Positions 21,754-33,398 of a DNA stretch of 64,000 nucleotides are shown piece after piece. Position numbers and translations under genes: made by a program. This stretch comes from Blastocladiella emersonii ATCC 22665. Lineage: Eukaryota > Fungi > Blastocladiomycota. Under the pieces are notes generated by a model. It did not search any database. It was not told where the DNA came from and was given only the letters and a program-made list of their open reading frames with translations. The stretch covers positions 1,550,001 to 1,614,000 of the forward strand of contig JANHCV010000006.1 of NCBI GenBank assembly GCA_025594325.1, written 5' to 3'. The number at the start of each line of letters is the position of its first letter. The stretch's first letter is position 1.

Positions 21754-23712
21754 ATGTCGACGTTCCGGTACTCGAACGCCTCGGCCATGTCGTCGCCGAG
21801 CGCGCTGGGCACCAACGCGGCGAACCTGGCGCCCGGCAGCCCGTCGGCGCGCCCGCTGTCGCTCGGGTCCGACCTCGCGCACCAGGCCATGATCGGCGCC
21901 GCGTCCGCCGCCGGCGCGCCGGGCAGTGCGCGCGGCGGCCAGCACGACCTGCGGCCCATGTCGCTCAACTCGGACATGCCCGCGCACCACGCCCTGCACA
22001 ACGGGTCCGGTGGCGGCGGCTCGGCGCTCGGCATCTCGACGACGAGCAGCAACGGGCGCCCGTCGTCCGAGGTGCTGTACCACTCGGGTGGCCTGCACCA
22101 CGCCGGGCACGCCGTCAAGGCCGACCACCAGGCCGCGCTCGATGCCTACTACCGCCAGATCGAGCGCGCCGAGTCCATGCTCGACGAGATGCGCCACGCG
22201 CAGCTCGACGCGGCCTTCAAGGAGGAGCTGCGCGCCATCGAGGAGTGGTTCAAGGTCCTGACCGACGTCGAGCGCACGACCGCCCTCTACTCGCTGCTCC
22301 AGTACATCACGCCCGTCCAGGTCCGCTTCTTCACCACCATCCTGACCTCCATGTCGCGCCGCGCCGACCCGCAGTCGTTCCTCTACTCGCCGTCCGTCTC
22401 GGAGCGCGGCGGCCCCGACCACGCCGCCGGGTCGCGCCCGACCTCGTCGCTCCTCGACTCGGACCTCTCGGCGCCCTCGTCCGCCTTCTCGGTCGACGTG
22501 CTCCAGGAGCAGCTCGCGGCGATCCAGGCCCAGCAGCGCCACTCCATGGGCCGCGTCCCGCCCGCCGCCGCCCGCGGGAACGCCGCCGCCGCCGGCGGCC
22601 GGTACCCGCAGGACCGCATGTCGCTCGACGCACAGACCGACACCCACGCCGCCCAGTGGGCCTCGTCCATCTCCACCGACATGTACCCGCCGCCGCGCAC
22701 GGGTTCGGCGCTCGCCGCATCCGCCATGCACCACCACGCCGCGTCCCTGCACCACCCGTCCGCTGCGGCGGTCGCCGCCGCGCACCACGCCGCGGCCCGC
22801 CAGCGGTACTCGTCCGACGACGCGGCCGCGTGGGGCGCCGCGGGCGGCAGCTCGGCGCCCAACAGCGCGGGGCTCGCGCCGCCGCCCGGCTTCGGCCCGG
22901 CCCCCACGCCCTTTGAGGACCACCCGTCCGCCGCCGCCCTGCGCGCCAACAGCCCCGCGCCCCCGCCGCACCTCGTCCAGTCGCAGCCGTCGCCCGCGCT
23001 CACCTCCAACAACTGGCGGTCGCGACCCAGCTCGCCCGCGCTCGGGCCCACGAGCGCGGCGCTCGCGCGCGCCGCGTCGCCGATGCCGCCCACGTCTATC
23101 GGCGTCCCGGCCGTTGGCGGCGGCGGGATTGTCCCTGGCACGCCCCGCGGCGCGTCGCTCGCTGCGCCTTCGGCCGCGGGGCCCGGCGCCCGTGTGCGCT
23201 CGCCCGCGCCCGGCGCTTCCTCGGCGGTGCGTGCGGGTACGCCGACGCTGCCGCCGGGTTCGCCCGGGATCCACCGCACCCCGTCGGCTCGCCCGGGCTC
23301 GGCGCACGGCCACCGGGCCCACCGCCGCAACGACAGCTACAGCAACGCGATGCAGATCCCGTGGTCGGCGGGCAGCTCGGTGCCGGGTTCCCCCGCGTAC
23401 CCGCCGCTGTCGCCGACGCACAAGCCGCCCGAGATCGTCGACGTCGACCTGCTCAAGACCGATATCGCGGCGTGGCTCCGGTCGCTCCGCCTCCACAAGT
23501 ACACGGCCGTGTTCGAGACCATGGACTGGCGCAAGATGGTCATGCTGTCGGATGCCGAGCTCGTCGCGCTTGGCGTGTCGGCGGCTGGCGCGCGGTCGAA
23601 GTTCGTCAAGGTGTTCGCCCAGGTCCGCGGCGAGCTCGGGATGGAGGGCGGCGACGGGGAGCCCGCGGTGAAGGAGGGGAATGAGGAAGCGGCCGACCAC
23701 CAGGATGCGTGA
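21754..23712 (+). CDS. VTS1: Vts1/Smaug-family SAM-domain RNA-binding protein, ~652 aa (start uncertain)
   Basis: N-terminal AIEEWFKVLTDVERTTALYSLLQ...QVRFF block and C-terminal SAM domain DIAAWLRSLRLHKYT...GARSKFVKVF, joined by a low-complexity P/A/S linker. A likely 5' UTR intron (GTACGC...CTGAC...AG) lies just before ATG 21754. Confidence 0.85.
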   Translation: MSTFRYSNASAMSSPSALGTNAANLAPGSPSARPLSLGSDLAHQAMIGAASAAGAPGSARGGQHDLRPMSLNSDMPAHHALHNGSGGGGSALGISTTSSNGRPSSEVLYHSGGLHHAGHAVKADHQAALDAYYRQIERAESMLDEMRHAQLDAAFKEELRAIEEWFKVLTDVERTTALYSLLQYITPVQVRFFTTILTSMSRRADPQSFLYSPSVSERGGPDHAAGSRPTSSLLDSDLSAPSSAFSVDVLQEQLAAIQAQQRHSMGRVPPAAARGNAAAAGGRYPQDRMSLDAQTDTHAAQWASSISTDMYPPPRTGSALAASAMHHHAASLHHPSAAAVAAAHHAAARQRYSSDDAAAWGAAGGSSAPNSAGLAPPPGFGPAPTPFEDHPSAAALRANSPAPPPHLVQSQPSPALTSNNWRSRPSSPALGPTSAALARAASPMPPTSIGVPAVGGGGIVPGTPRGASLAAPSAAGPGARVRSPAPGASSAVRAGTPTLPPGSPGIHRTPSARPGSAHGHRAHRRNDSYSNAMQIPWSAGSSVPGSPAYPPLSPTHKPPEIVDVDLLKTDIAAWLRSLRLHKYTAVFETMDWRKMVMLSDAELVALGVSAAGARSKFVKVFAQVRGELGMEGGDGEPAVKEGNEEAADHQDA

Positions 23713-23973
23713 CACGTCAACGAGTGCGCGCTGGAGCTGGAGCGGCGGGACTAGGAAGAGGAAGAGGATCGAATGATGGAAGATCAAAGTAAGTAACAGT
23801 TTATATACATATCTCGACTTGCTCCGCTCCGCTGACGTGTCTGGGTTGCGATGACGCGACGGTGGCCATGGTCGTGGTCACGGTGGCCGCGCATCTCACT
23901 TTGACCTCCCGCGCTTCATGCACGCGCGTCGCTCATGCAAATGAAAGTATCGAAAGGCGCGCAATGCGGGTCA

Positions 23974-24161
23974 TCATCCCCTCGTCTCGTCCTTGAGGTG
24001 CATGGCGTTGCTCCGCTTGCCGTCCTTGGCCTAAAGCTTCACCAAGTCAGTGTGCGGTCCGCGAAGCACTGAATTGTCGAAGCGTACTGAGCGCAGATCG
24101 CGGCTACCACCGGGTCCGACGACATCCCCTTCCTGGCCAACCCGAGGTCGAAGCCGGCGTC
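23974..24161 (-). pseudogene. Orphan duplicate of the last two exons of the neighbouring gene (24161-24088, 24030-23974)
   Basis: Reads DAGFDLGLARKGMSSDPVVAAICA / AKDGKRSNAMHLKDETRG*, homologous to DAVHDLAVAKKSMPSDPVVAAIRSS / AREGNRSVAMYFEEEPEA* of the 24377-25664 gene. Acceptors are intact, there is a 1-nt deletion before the donor, and no first exon. Confidence 0.7.
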
Positions 24162-24376
24162 CTGCACGCTGGCAAGCGAGGCGTCAGCGCATGGCGAACT
24201 GGAGCAGAAGACGCGAAGCGCGTTGCGCCACACCCGTGTCACCCGCGACACGGCGCGTCAGCGCGATTCTGGCGGGATGACCTTGCGGCAGCAATTAACG
24301 AGAGGAGAATATGTTTTCTATGCAAGTGTGATGAGTTTATGAAGATGTGCGTGCATATTTGGGGGGGACAGGCGGC

Positions 24377-25664
24377 TCACGCCTCGGGCTCCTCCTCAAA
24401 GTACATGGCGACGCTCCGGTTGCCCTCCCTGGCCTACATCGCGGGCGGAATGGTCAGCTCAGAGGATGACAAACTCCGGAGCGAACCGACGTACCGAGGA
24501 ACGGATCGCAGCCACGACTGGGTCCGACGGCATCGACTTCTTGGCCACGGCGAGGTCGTGGACGGCGTCCTACGTGTTGACGACGAGGCGTTAGTGAGGT
24601 GTCACGGCGGCCAAGGGAAGGAAGCCACAGACAATGAAGTAGCGGAGGTAGGTGACGCGGCGCGTGAACCACCGAGTCGGGTACCGGATGCACTCCTTGT
24701 CGGGCTTCGGGAGCAGGTACTGGGCGAGCTCGGCGGGGACGCCCGGCAGCTCGGGCGCCGGCGGTGGCGGGCGGACCATGGCGAGCGCCGAGCCCGCGAG
24801 TTCTGCAGCGTCGGCGTCGCCGCTCGCGCGCAGCTCGGCGGCCACGCGCTGCTCGGCCGCGAACTGGGCGAGGATCAGGCTGTCCGCGACCTCGTCGCCG
24901 CCGGCCGCGTCCATGCGCTCGATCTTCTTGGTGATGGTGACGCGGCGCTTGAGGACGCCGCTGAGCACCGACGTGATGTTGTTGTGCTCGGTCGCGAACG
25001 CATGCATGTTGCCCTTCTTCCACAGCGGGTCCGTCCACACGATCACGCGGCGCGACGGCACGTACACGGCCGACACGTAGCGGCCCTTGTGCCGCACGAG
25101 GAACGAGATCATCTGGTGCGTGAGCAGCGGGCGCAGCACTGCGCTCAGCTTCTTGATGTCGAACACGGTCCGCACGCGGTCCCACCCGCCCCACGTCAGC
25201 GCCGCCGTCGCGCCCGCCGACAGGAACACGGCGTGCTGCGCGACCTCGGCGCGGTAGTTGAGGCGCAGGTGCAGGGAGCTCGCGCACGCCGGGATCGCCG
25301 GGTTGTCCTGGTTGGTGATGGTCACGATCATCTTCTCGAAGAGCGCGCGGCAGTGCTCGAGCATCCACACGGTGAACACGTCGCGCCGGTCACCGAAATC
25401 CTCGGCCAACGCGAGACACTCGTCCGGCCACTCGGACGTCGGCGTGCACAACATGCGGTTCAGCATCGCCCGCGGGATCGCCGACCGCGACACTATGTAC
25501 TCGGACTGCAGCAGGTTCATGGCCTGCGTGAACGCCGCGTACGCGGCCTTGTTGCTCTGCAGCTGCCGGTGCATGGCCGACGTCACAGTGCGCAGCGGTT
25601 CGTCGACGCGGGGCCCGTCGTCGCGCAGGGACGGGGCGTTGAGATCGATCGTTGCTGATAGCAT
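24377..25664 (-). CDS. Unknown protein with possible degenerate Ulp1/SENP (C48)-like fold, 3 exons: 25664-24633, 24569-24495, 24433-24377; 387 aa
   Basis: Long ORF plus two small in-frame exons with branch and acceptor signals; the first donor GTCTGT is weak. The segments FLSAGATAALTWGGWDRVR, HKGRYVSAVYVPSRRVIVWTDPL and ADSLILAQFA align by eye to the SENP catalytic domain. Confidence 0.65.
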
Positions 25665-25943
25665 GGTGGATAGTGGTGCAAGGTGGAGTGGAGTTCAGTA
25701 ATGCAGTGCAGTCGAGGACTGTGCGTGGTTGGGGAGAGCAGGCGTCCGCGGTCTGTGCGACGCGGCGAGACTAGGCGAAAACTAGTCGCGGCGCGAAGCG
25801 CGACGCGCCACGTGCGCTGGCCCGTGACCTGGCGTGATTTCCCGACGCGTCGGAATTCGAGTCAGCGCTGACCACTGACGGTTGAGCGTATACGAGATGA
25901 GATGCCCGCCTCTATGCGGGTGTATTCAATCGCATGTGAACTC

Positions 25944-27125
25944 ATCTCACGGCCCAGGCTCCTCCTCGAGATATACCTAGTAGGTAGGGCGACGCTCTGG
26001 TTCCCCTCCCTCGATGCGATTCAGTTTTCGGGAAGGCGGGGAGAACGAAGGAAAGTACCGAAGAGCGGATCGCGGCCACCACCGGGTCCACGGGCATCCC
26101 CTTGCTGGCCTTGGCGAGGTCGCAGACCTTGTCCTACGCGCGAGGTACGAACATTAGCGATCCGCGGACACATCAGATCAATTCCACTGTACAAAGAGGA
26201 GGTAGGCAAACTTGATCCGCCGATGGAACCACGGGTCGACTGGGAGAGGCATTGCGCCGCGCTGCGAGATGAGCGGCGGTGCGCCCGCCGCGGTCGCGGC
26301 CAGAGGGCCGCTGGGGAACAGCGCCGCGCACGCCGCGTACTCGGCGTTGAAGTGCGCCACCAGAAGACTCTCCTCGGGCTCCTCGAGGTGGGCCTTGCCC
26401 GCGACGCGTTTCTCGATGGGCACGCGGCGCTTTAGAACCCAGCTCAGGACCGACGTGATGTCCGCGTGCTCGGCGTCAAACGCACGCTTGTCGCCGTCCC
26501 ATATCGGGTCGATCCACTCGATCACGCGCTGCGCGGGAAAGTATACGGCCGAGACGTAGCGCGACCCGTGCTGCACGAAGAACCCGATGGCGCGGTTCGC
26601 GAGAAGCGGGCGCAGCAACGCGCTCAGCTTTCTGGTGTCAAACACGGTGCGCACGCGCTCCCAGCCGCCCCACGTTAGCGCCGCCGTGGTTCCGGGCGAC
26701 AGGAACACGGCGTGCTTGGAAAACGTCGGCGAGTAGTGGATGCGGAGGTAGAAGGCGCTGATCAGGCTGGTCAGGGCCTCTTTGCCCCGCAGGTTGAAAG
26801 TTCGCAGCGCGAGATCGCGCGTAGCCGGTTCGGCATGCGCCAGCATCCACTAGGTGAAGACGTTCTTGCGCTGGTCGTCTTTCACGACCACGCGCAACTT
26901 CGGGTCCCGCGACGCGAGCTCGGCTCCGCGCGCCGTCCCGCCCACGGCAAGAAACAGCGCAGCGACGAGGTGTTTCGGGATGCGCGTCGACAGGTACTCG
27001 CGCTCGACGAGCTGGACGAATGTGTACAGCTTGCACGCGATTGAGTCATAGTCCATGGGCCCCTCGAGGAGCTTGCTGGACATGGCTGCATTCCGCGTCG
27101 CTGGATCGGACACGGCGCGGTTCAT
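25944..27125 (-). pseudogene. Paralogue of the 24377-25664 gene with an in-frame TAG and a degenerate last exon
   Basis: Shares HAVFLS..TAALTWGGWERVRTVFD..KLSALLRPLL and RYVSAVY.P..RVI.W.DP. KNVFT*WML (TAG at 26850-26852) corresponds to RDVFTVWML in the intact copy. The DKVCDLAKASKGMPVDPVVAAIRSS exon is retained. Confidence 0.75.
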
Positions 27126-27303
27126 TTGTTTGCGTGATCGGATCCGTGAGTTGCGAGTTGTCCTGGGTGATGCCCGGACTGCTAACGAGGGGTTCTCCGG
27201 ACCTTGAGTCAAGCTGGTAGTGAAACGCGACGCGACGGACGCGTCGCGCCACAGCGTGATCGCCCGCTCGCGACGCGTTTTTAATACTTGCAAGGCGGTT
27301 CCC

Positions 27304-27363
27304 CGCGACGCGCTTACTCGCGACGCACTTCCTCGGGACGTGCTTACTCGCGACGCGTCTCTT
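27304..27363 (+). repeat. Degenerate 15-bp minisatellite, 4 units
   Basis: cgcgacgcgcttact / cgcgacgcacttcct / cgggacgtgcttact / cgcgacgcgtctctt. Confidence 0.85.
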
Positions 27364-27445
27364 GCGGCAGAAACCCTGCTTTTCACGCACTCGATCGGCC
27401 GAACAGCGGTCATAACATTGGGGTAAGCTATAATATATCTATCGT

Positions 27446-29020
27446 CTACACCAGCGTCACAGCCGAGGGCGCGCGCTCGACATCGACCTGCTTCTCGTCC
27501 GCCCCCGCCTTGCCGTTGCTCGACTCGTTGACGCGGGCGAGGGCCACAGCGACTTCCGCGTGCCAGTCGACGACGCGCCACATGTACACGATCTGGCCGA
27601 GGAAGCACGCGAACAGCGCGGACGTGAGCCCGATCCACATCCCCGGCAGACCGACCTTGAGGACAAACGTGAGGATCACGCCGAGCGGCACACCGAGCAC
27701 GTAGTACGCCGTCATGCTGAACATGGCGCCAATCTTCTGCTTGCCGCACCCGCGCAGCGCGCCGTTGATGATGGCCACGGCCGCGTCGGCAAACTGGTAC
27801 AGCGCCGCGATCGGGAGCACGGACGAGGCGAGCGCCACGACCTCGGGGTCGCTGATGAAGGCGCGGGGGATGATGAAGCGCAGACCGAACAGGAGCGAGG
27901 CCGTGATGAAACTGCCCGCGAGAGCGAGGACCACCGACACGACGGTCGTCCGACTCGCGGCCACGGCGTCACCAGCACCAAGGTGGTTACCAACGCGAGC
28001 GCTCGCGACGACGGCGAGGCCCATGAAGAGCATGAACACGAGCGACGCGACGTTGAGCAGCGTGGCCTGCGCCGCGAGCTCGAGCGGGCCGAGGATGCCC
28101 GCCATGAGCGCGACGAGCTCGAACACCCACCACTCACTCATTAACGTGATTGCGCCCGGAATACCGAGTGCAATGAACGGCTTCCAGCCGCGAAGTGCCT
28201 CGCGCGACCACGGGGTCCAGCACTGGTACCCGTTGACGCGCCACGTGTAGAGGATCGTGAGCAGCATCGCGAGCGTTTCGGTGACCACGCTGGCCGTCGC
28301 GGTACCGTAGAAACCGAGGCGCAGCGGCGAGTCGACGAACGTCAAAAAGTAGCCGAGCCCGACGTTGACGGGCACCGTGATGAGCGATACGAGGAACTGG
28401 ACCTGCATGATGCCCTGGGCGATGAGGAATTTGGCGACGCAGTTGCTGATGATCATCGGGAGCAGGCCGATCCACAAAACCCGAATGTACTGGCCCGCCA
28501 TGCGCGACAGCTCGCGGTCCTGGCCGACGAGAATGAGCAGCGGCTCCGCGCAGAACCACGCGACCGTGAGCGGGATTGCGATCACCGAGTTGATGAGGAT
28601 CGCGCGCTGCAGGAAGATGCCGGCCTGGCGCGGGTTCTTGGAACCCGTCACGGCCTGCGCGGCGAGCGTGTCGAGCGCCGTGGCGATGCCGAAGCAGATC
28701 GAGAAGCCGACGACGTTGGAGAACTAGGCGCGTTGGGTACGTGTGAGCGGACGGCTCGATTGGCACTGCTGGGCGACGATCGGGCGTTCCATGACGGCGA
28801 GCGATGCTGACGCGAGCTCGGCAGCGCCGAGGTGGCCGACCATGAGCGTCGGGACCATGCGGTTGGCGAACGACATGACGGCGCCGGCGATACACGGGAT
28901 CGCCATCGCGATGACGACCTTGGCCTCGGCCACGGCCTCCTTGAGCGTGGGTAGCCCAATGGGCTCGCGCCGCGGCTTGCTGCTTACGCTTGAGGCGGGT
29001 TTCTCTTCATGTGCTGTCAT
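27446..29020 (-). CDS. MATE family efflux transporter (copy 2), 2 exons: 29020-28790, 28723-27446; ~502 aa; intron begins GA rather than GT
   Basis: Same motifs and intron position as copies 1 and 3. The donor reads ATG|GAACGC at 28789, where the paralogues have ATG|GTACGC and ATG|GTCCGT. Confidence 0.8.
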
Positions 29021-29390
29021 GGTGGTGGTCGTTGCGAGGAGTGTGGGAGCGTGGAAGCTCGGGAAAGGGACCCGGCCCGCCTTTATACCTCGCAGGCAGG
29101 GACTCGCCGACCTGCACGCCGACGCCCAGGCCGTTCTAGGATGAACTCGAGATCTTCCGGGCGCCCTTGCAAACGGTTTCTTGTGCGGGAATCCGGCACG
29201 CGACCGCACGACGCCCACCTTGAACGGGGAAACGCACGGCCGCGGTGTCTCTCGCGCGAGACACACGTGTTAGATCGACGCGAGCGGCGCGATCGTAGCC
29301 TGATAAGACGAGCGGGCAGGAGGGACAGCTAAGGTTTATAGTTTAATAATGGATATGCGACACGCCCGTGGAGAAATCTCGACCAACACC

Positions 29391-31002
29391 TCAGACCAGC
29401 GTCTCAGCCGACTCGGACTTCTTCATGTCCTCGTCCTCCTCGTCGTTGAGCGACACGCCCTTGCGCGAGTCGTTGACGCGGGCGAGGGCCATGGCGACCT
29501 CGGCGCGCCAGTCGATGATGCGGATCATGTAGAACGTCTGGGCGATGAAGCAGCCGAACAGGGCGCCGGCGAGACCGATCCACATCCCCGGAAGCCCGAC
29601 CTTGGCGACGAACGTGAGCAGGATGCCGAGCGGGACGCCGATGATGTAGTAGGCGGACATGACGAAGATGGCGCCGACCTTCTGCTTGCCGCACCCGCGC
29701 AGGATCCCGTTGACGATGCACACGGCCGCGTCGGGCAGCTGGAACAGCGCGACGATCGGGAGCACGGACGCGACCAGGTCGACCACCTCGGGCTCGCTCG
29801 TGAACGCGTACGGGAGGATGAAGCGCAGACCGAACAGGACCGCGGCGATCGCGAAGCTTGTCACCATACCGATCCCGACCGAGACCGTCGAAGCGTGGCT
29901 CGCGGCAACCGCGTCGCCCGCGCCGAGGTGGTTGCCGACGCGCGCACCGGCGACCACGGACAGGCCGACGACGATCATGAAGGTCGTGGCGACCGTGTTG
30001 ATGAGCACGGCCTGTGCGGCGAGCTGGAGCGGGCCCAGGAGGCCGGCCATGAGCGCAACGAGCTCGAACACCCACCACTCCGCGCAGGTCATCAACATGC
30101 CCGGCAAACCGAGTTTGATGAAGGCCTTCCACCCGCGCAGGGCCTCGCGCGACCACGGCGTCCAGCACTGGTGCCCGTTGACGCGCCACGTGTACAGTAG
30201 GGTCAGGATCATGGCGAGCGTCTCGGTGACCACGCTGGCCGCCGCCGTGCCGTAGAAGCCGAGGTTGAGCGGCCAGTCGACAAAGGTGAGGAGGTAACCG
30301 AGGCCGACGTTGACCGGCACCGTGATGAGCGACACGAGAAACTGGACCTGCATGATGCCCTGGGCGATCAAGAACTTGGCGACACAGTTGCTGATGATCA
30401 TCGGGAACAAGCCGATCCAAAGGACGCGAATGTACTGGCCCGCCATGCGCGACAGCTCGGCGTCCTGGCCGACGAGGCGCAGCAGCGGCTCGGCGAGGAA
30501 CCAGCCCACGGTTAGCGGGATGGTCAGGGCGAGGTTGATGAGGATGGCGCGCTGCAGGAAGATGCCGGCCTGGCGCGGGTTCTTGGACCCCGTCACGGCC
30601 TGCGACGCGAGCGTATCGAGCGCCGTCGAGATGCCGAAGCAGATGGAGAAGCCGAGCACGTTCGAGAACTAGAGGGCGAAGCCGTGGGTCAGTTTGAGGG
30701 CTCGAGGAAGTAGTCCATGAGCGAGGATCACGGACCATGACGGCGAGCGACGCTGACGCAAGCTCAGCGGCACCGAGATGGCCGACGAGCAGCGTCGGGA
30801 CCATGCGGTTGGCGAACGAGAGGACCGTGCCGGCAACGCAGGGGACCGCCATCCACGAGATGACCTTGGCTTCGGCGACGGCCTCGGCCGCGGTCGGTCG
30901 CCTGATGGCTTCGCGCGGGCCACCGTGCGGTGCATGTGGCGCGGTCATGGGCAGCTCGGCGCCGGCGAGCTCGGTTGTTGGTACTGATTCATGCGCGGTC
31001 AT
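29391..31002 (-). CDS. MATE family efflux transporter (copy 3), 2 exons: 31002-30736, 30668-29391; 514 aa
   Basis: VGHLGAAELASASLAVM, GISTALDTLASQAVTG, RVGNHLGAG and GILRGCGKQKVGA; 67-nt GT-AG intron; tandem paralogue of copy 2. Confidence 0.9.
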
Positions 31003-31749
31003 TACAAAGAGTGTGCAGGGGTTGGAGTGGAGTGTTCGCAGGGGAAGAGCGGGGGCTCGGCAGTCTTTATAGTCGCTCAGGGACGGGGCCGACCCGAGCC
31101 CCAGGTGCCGTGCCTTGTCATCCCTCTTGTTTCGGGAAAATTCGATCGCAGGCCTTGTTCATCCAGTTTGAAACAACGCGAGCACTAAATCGATTAGGAC
31201 TTTGTCTTCCCACGCACTCGGCCGTTTGCATCGCTCGGCCCGACCGCGCTCGAGTCATTCGCCGTGTGTCGCCCATCCGTTGCGGTGAGAACCGCGGCGG
31301 AATCCGATGCGGGGGTGGCCGGTGCGAGACACTTGTGTCTCACGCTCACGTGGCCAAATGCGGGACGCGCCACGCCTGCGTCACCGGGCCCGCGCGCGCG
31401 CCACACCGAGTTCTTCCAGTTGAGCCTACGCGGGCCGCGTCTCTCCTCATCCCTCACTCACTCGCTCACGTAGAGTTTGTATGGCCCTCGCGCGGCACGT
31501 TGCACCAAGCGCCGTGCCCCCGGGGTCGCCGCGTGAACGCAGTCGCGGCAGGTTGACGCGATCGTCCGATACAGCCGCCTCGCGTTGACGCTCTCAACAA
31601 CTCACGCCCCTTTGAGGGACAAGAGGGCAATCTTTTCGCGAGAAGAAACTGTATTTATCGGCTTACACACGCCGGGATCAGAGCTCGATCACGACGCGAT
31701 CTTGGGCTGCTGGCCAGCTTGTGGACGCGATCTTGGGCCGGCGACCTGC

Positions 31750-32048
31750 TTACGGGCGCGGGCGGGGAGGGCGGGACGGGCAGAGGCGCTCGCAGTAGCT
31801 GCTGCAGTTGCAGTTCTTGCCGGCCGGGCAGTGGATCTTGCAGTTGTCGTAGCAGTCGCCCCACGAGCACGAGACTAAGTTGGTGCGAGGGTGAGGGTGA
31901 GGGTAAGTTGGCCGTTCTCGCGGTAGGAGAGCAGCTCGAGGCGGAACGTACTGCCCATGGACTCGGGATCAGCGGGCGCGGCCGAGACCGAGGTGGCCGT
32001 GAGGCCGAGCACGGCGACGAGGGCAACGAGGAGAGTGGTGGCGCGCAT
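31750..32048 (-). CDS. Small secreted cysteine-rich peptide A, 2 exons: 32048-31952, 31874-31750; 73 aa, 8 Cys
   Basis: Signal peptide MRATTLLVALVAVLGLTATSVSA and a phase-1 intron GTACGT...TTAG. The mature part reads ISCSWGDCYDNCKIHCPAGKNCNCSSYCERLCPSRPPRPRP*. Confidence 0.8.
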
Positions 32049-33312
32049 CTTGAGCTGTCTACACTGAGCTCGGACGGAAGTGAGGGGGAACGGCCGCCTT
32101 TTGTAGGCCGGCCAGCGCGCTCCGTCGTGCATAGCTACAACCCTCGCCGACGCGATCCTCGCGAGTCGCGAGGCCGAAAACTAAAAGGTTGGGGATCACC
32201 GGATGGAATAAACTGGTCGGCCGACCGCCGAGCATACGACGCGTTGATCCCTGTGCTCCGCTCGCGCGACAGGGACCGTGTGGGCAGATGCGCCGAGCAC
32301 AAGATCCGCTCCGCTGATCACAGGTCGGGTAAGAATGCATCTGGTGCCGGGTCTTGAGCGCACGAGCGCGTTCGCGCGTGAGTAGAAGTCAAAGCTCAGG
32401 GCGCTTACACCCGAATCAACCGACGCGGCCGGGATCTGCTGTGCACCGTGGCCTCGCCGTGATCTCGAGAGAACGGGTTGAAAGGGTTGCGCCCTGCCCC
32501 GTCAACTTGAGACGCGTCGTTCATGTCCGCGTGCGGGGATCAAGTTGGGATCGACTCAGAGAGTTTGGCCGTGCGGGTCGTCTCGCAGCTTGCCGGCGAG
32601 GTGCCGATGCTGGCTCGCCGCGGCATGCAAACTTGCGGGCGAACAGCGCATCATGCAACGCTAAGAGCTTATCGCACGGCTGATGGACGCGGCCATTCGC
32701 GTAACCTGGTGCCGGTCAACGCGCGCGTGCACGCGCGCTACTCATGTCACGAGTCCCAACCTCATAATCGCATCTGGGGCTCATCACTATTGCACTGCAA
32801 GGTCCCCTCCGCGTCATTGATGGATGTTTGATGGGGCAAGCACCGGACGCGGCGAAGTTCTTCTGGCACGACGCGTAACGTGACAGCTGCGTCTCGCGTT
32901 GAAGGAACTATCGTCGCCGACGGCGATCAGAGCATTTTTTGCACTCACGCTTTGAGGGCATGATTCAGACGAACGTTGTCTCCTGCGCCGGCGCCGGTTT
33001 GAGAAAGATGAGGCTCGGATCTGGGACCTCGGGCGACCGCGGTCCCGACAAGAGGTTCGCTTGAACTTGTCCGCGCGTGTGCGCTGACGCGCGACGCGGG
33101 CACCGTCGGATCACAAGACCGACCAAATGACTCCAACTGGGGAACTTTGGCGCGTTCTCGCAGGAAACGCGCAAGGCAGCACTCGCCCATGCGGAAAAGC
33201 AAGTCAAAGTGCTGTACATTGCGGTTCACTTCATGCTGCTGCGGCCGGATCCAGCGCTTGCCAAGGACGAGGAGTCGGCGAGAGACTTGGCCCCGTGCGA
33301 CGAGCCGACGCG

Positions 33313-33319
33313 TATAAAA
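33313..33319 (+). promoter_or_regulatory. TATA box upstream of secreted peptide B
   Basis: TATAAAA 86 bp upstream of ATG 33399, in GC-rich surroundings. Confidence 0.45.
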
Positions 33320-33398
33320 CGCGATCGCACCCCGCCGCCAGAGACCGTGAACCAACAGCAAGATACTCGTTGCCCAACCACCTTCATTATTAGACAAG

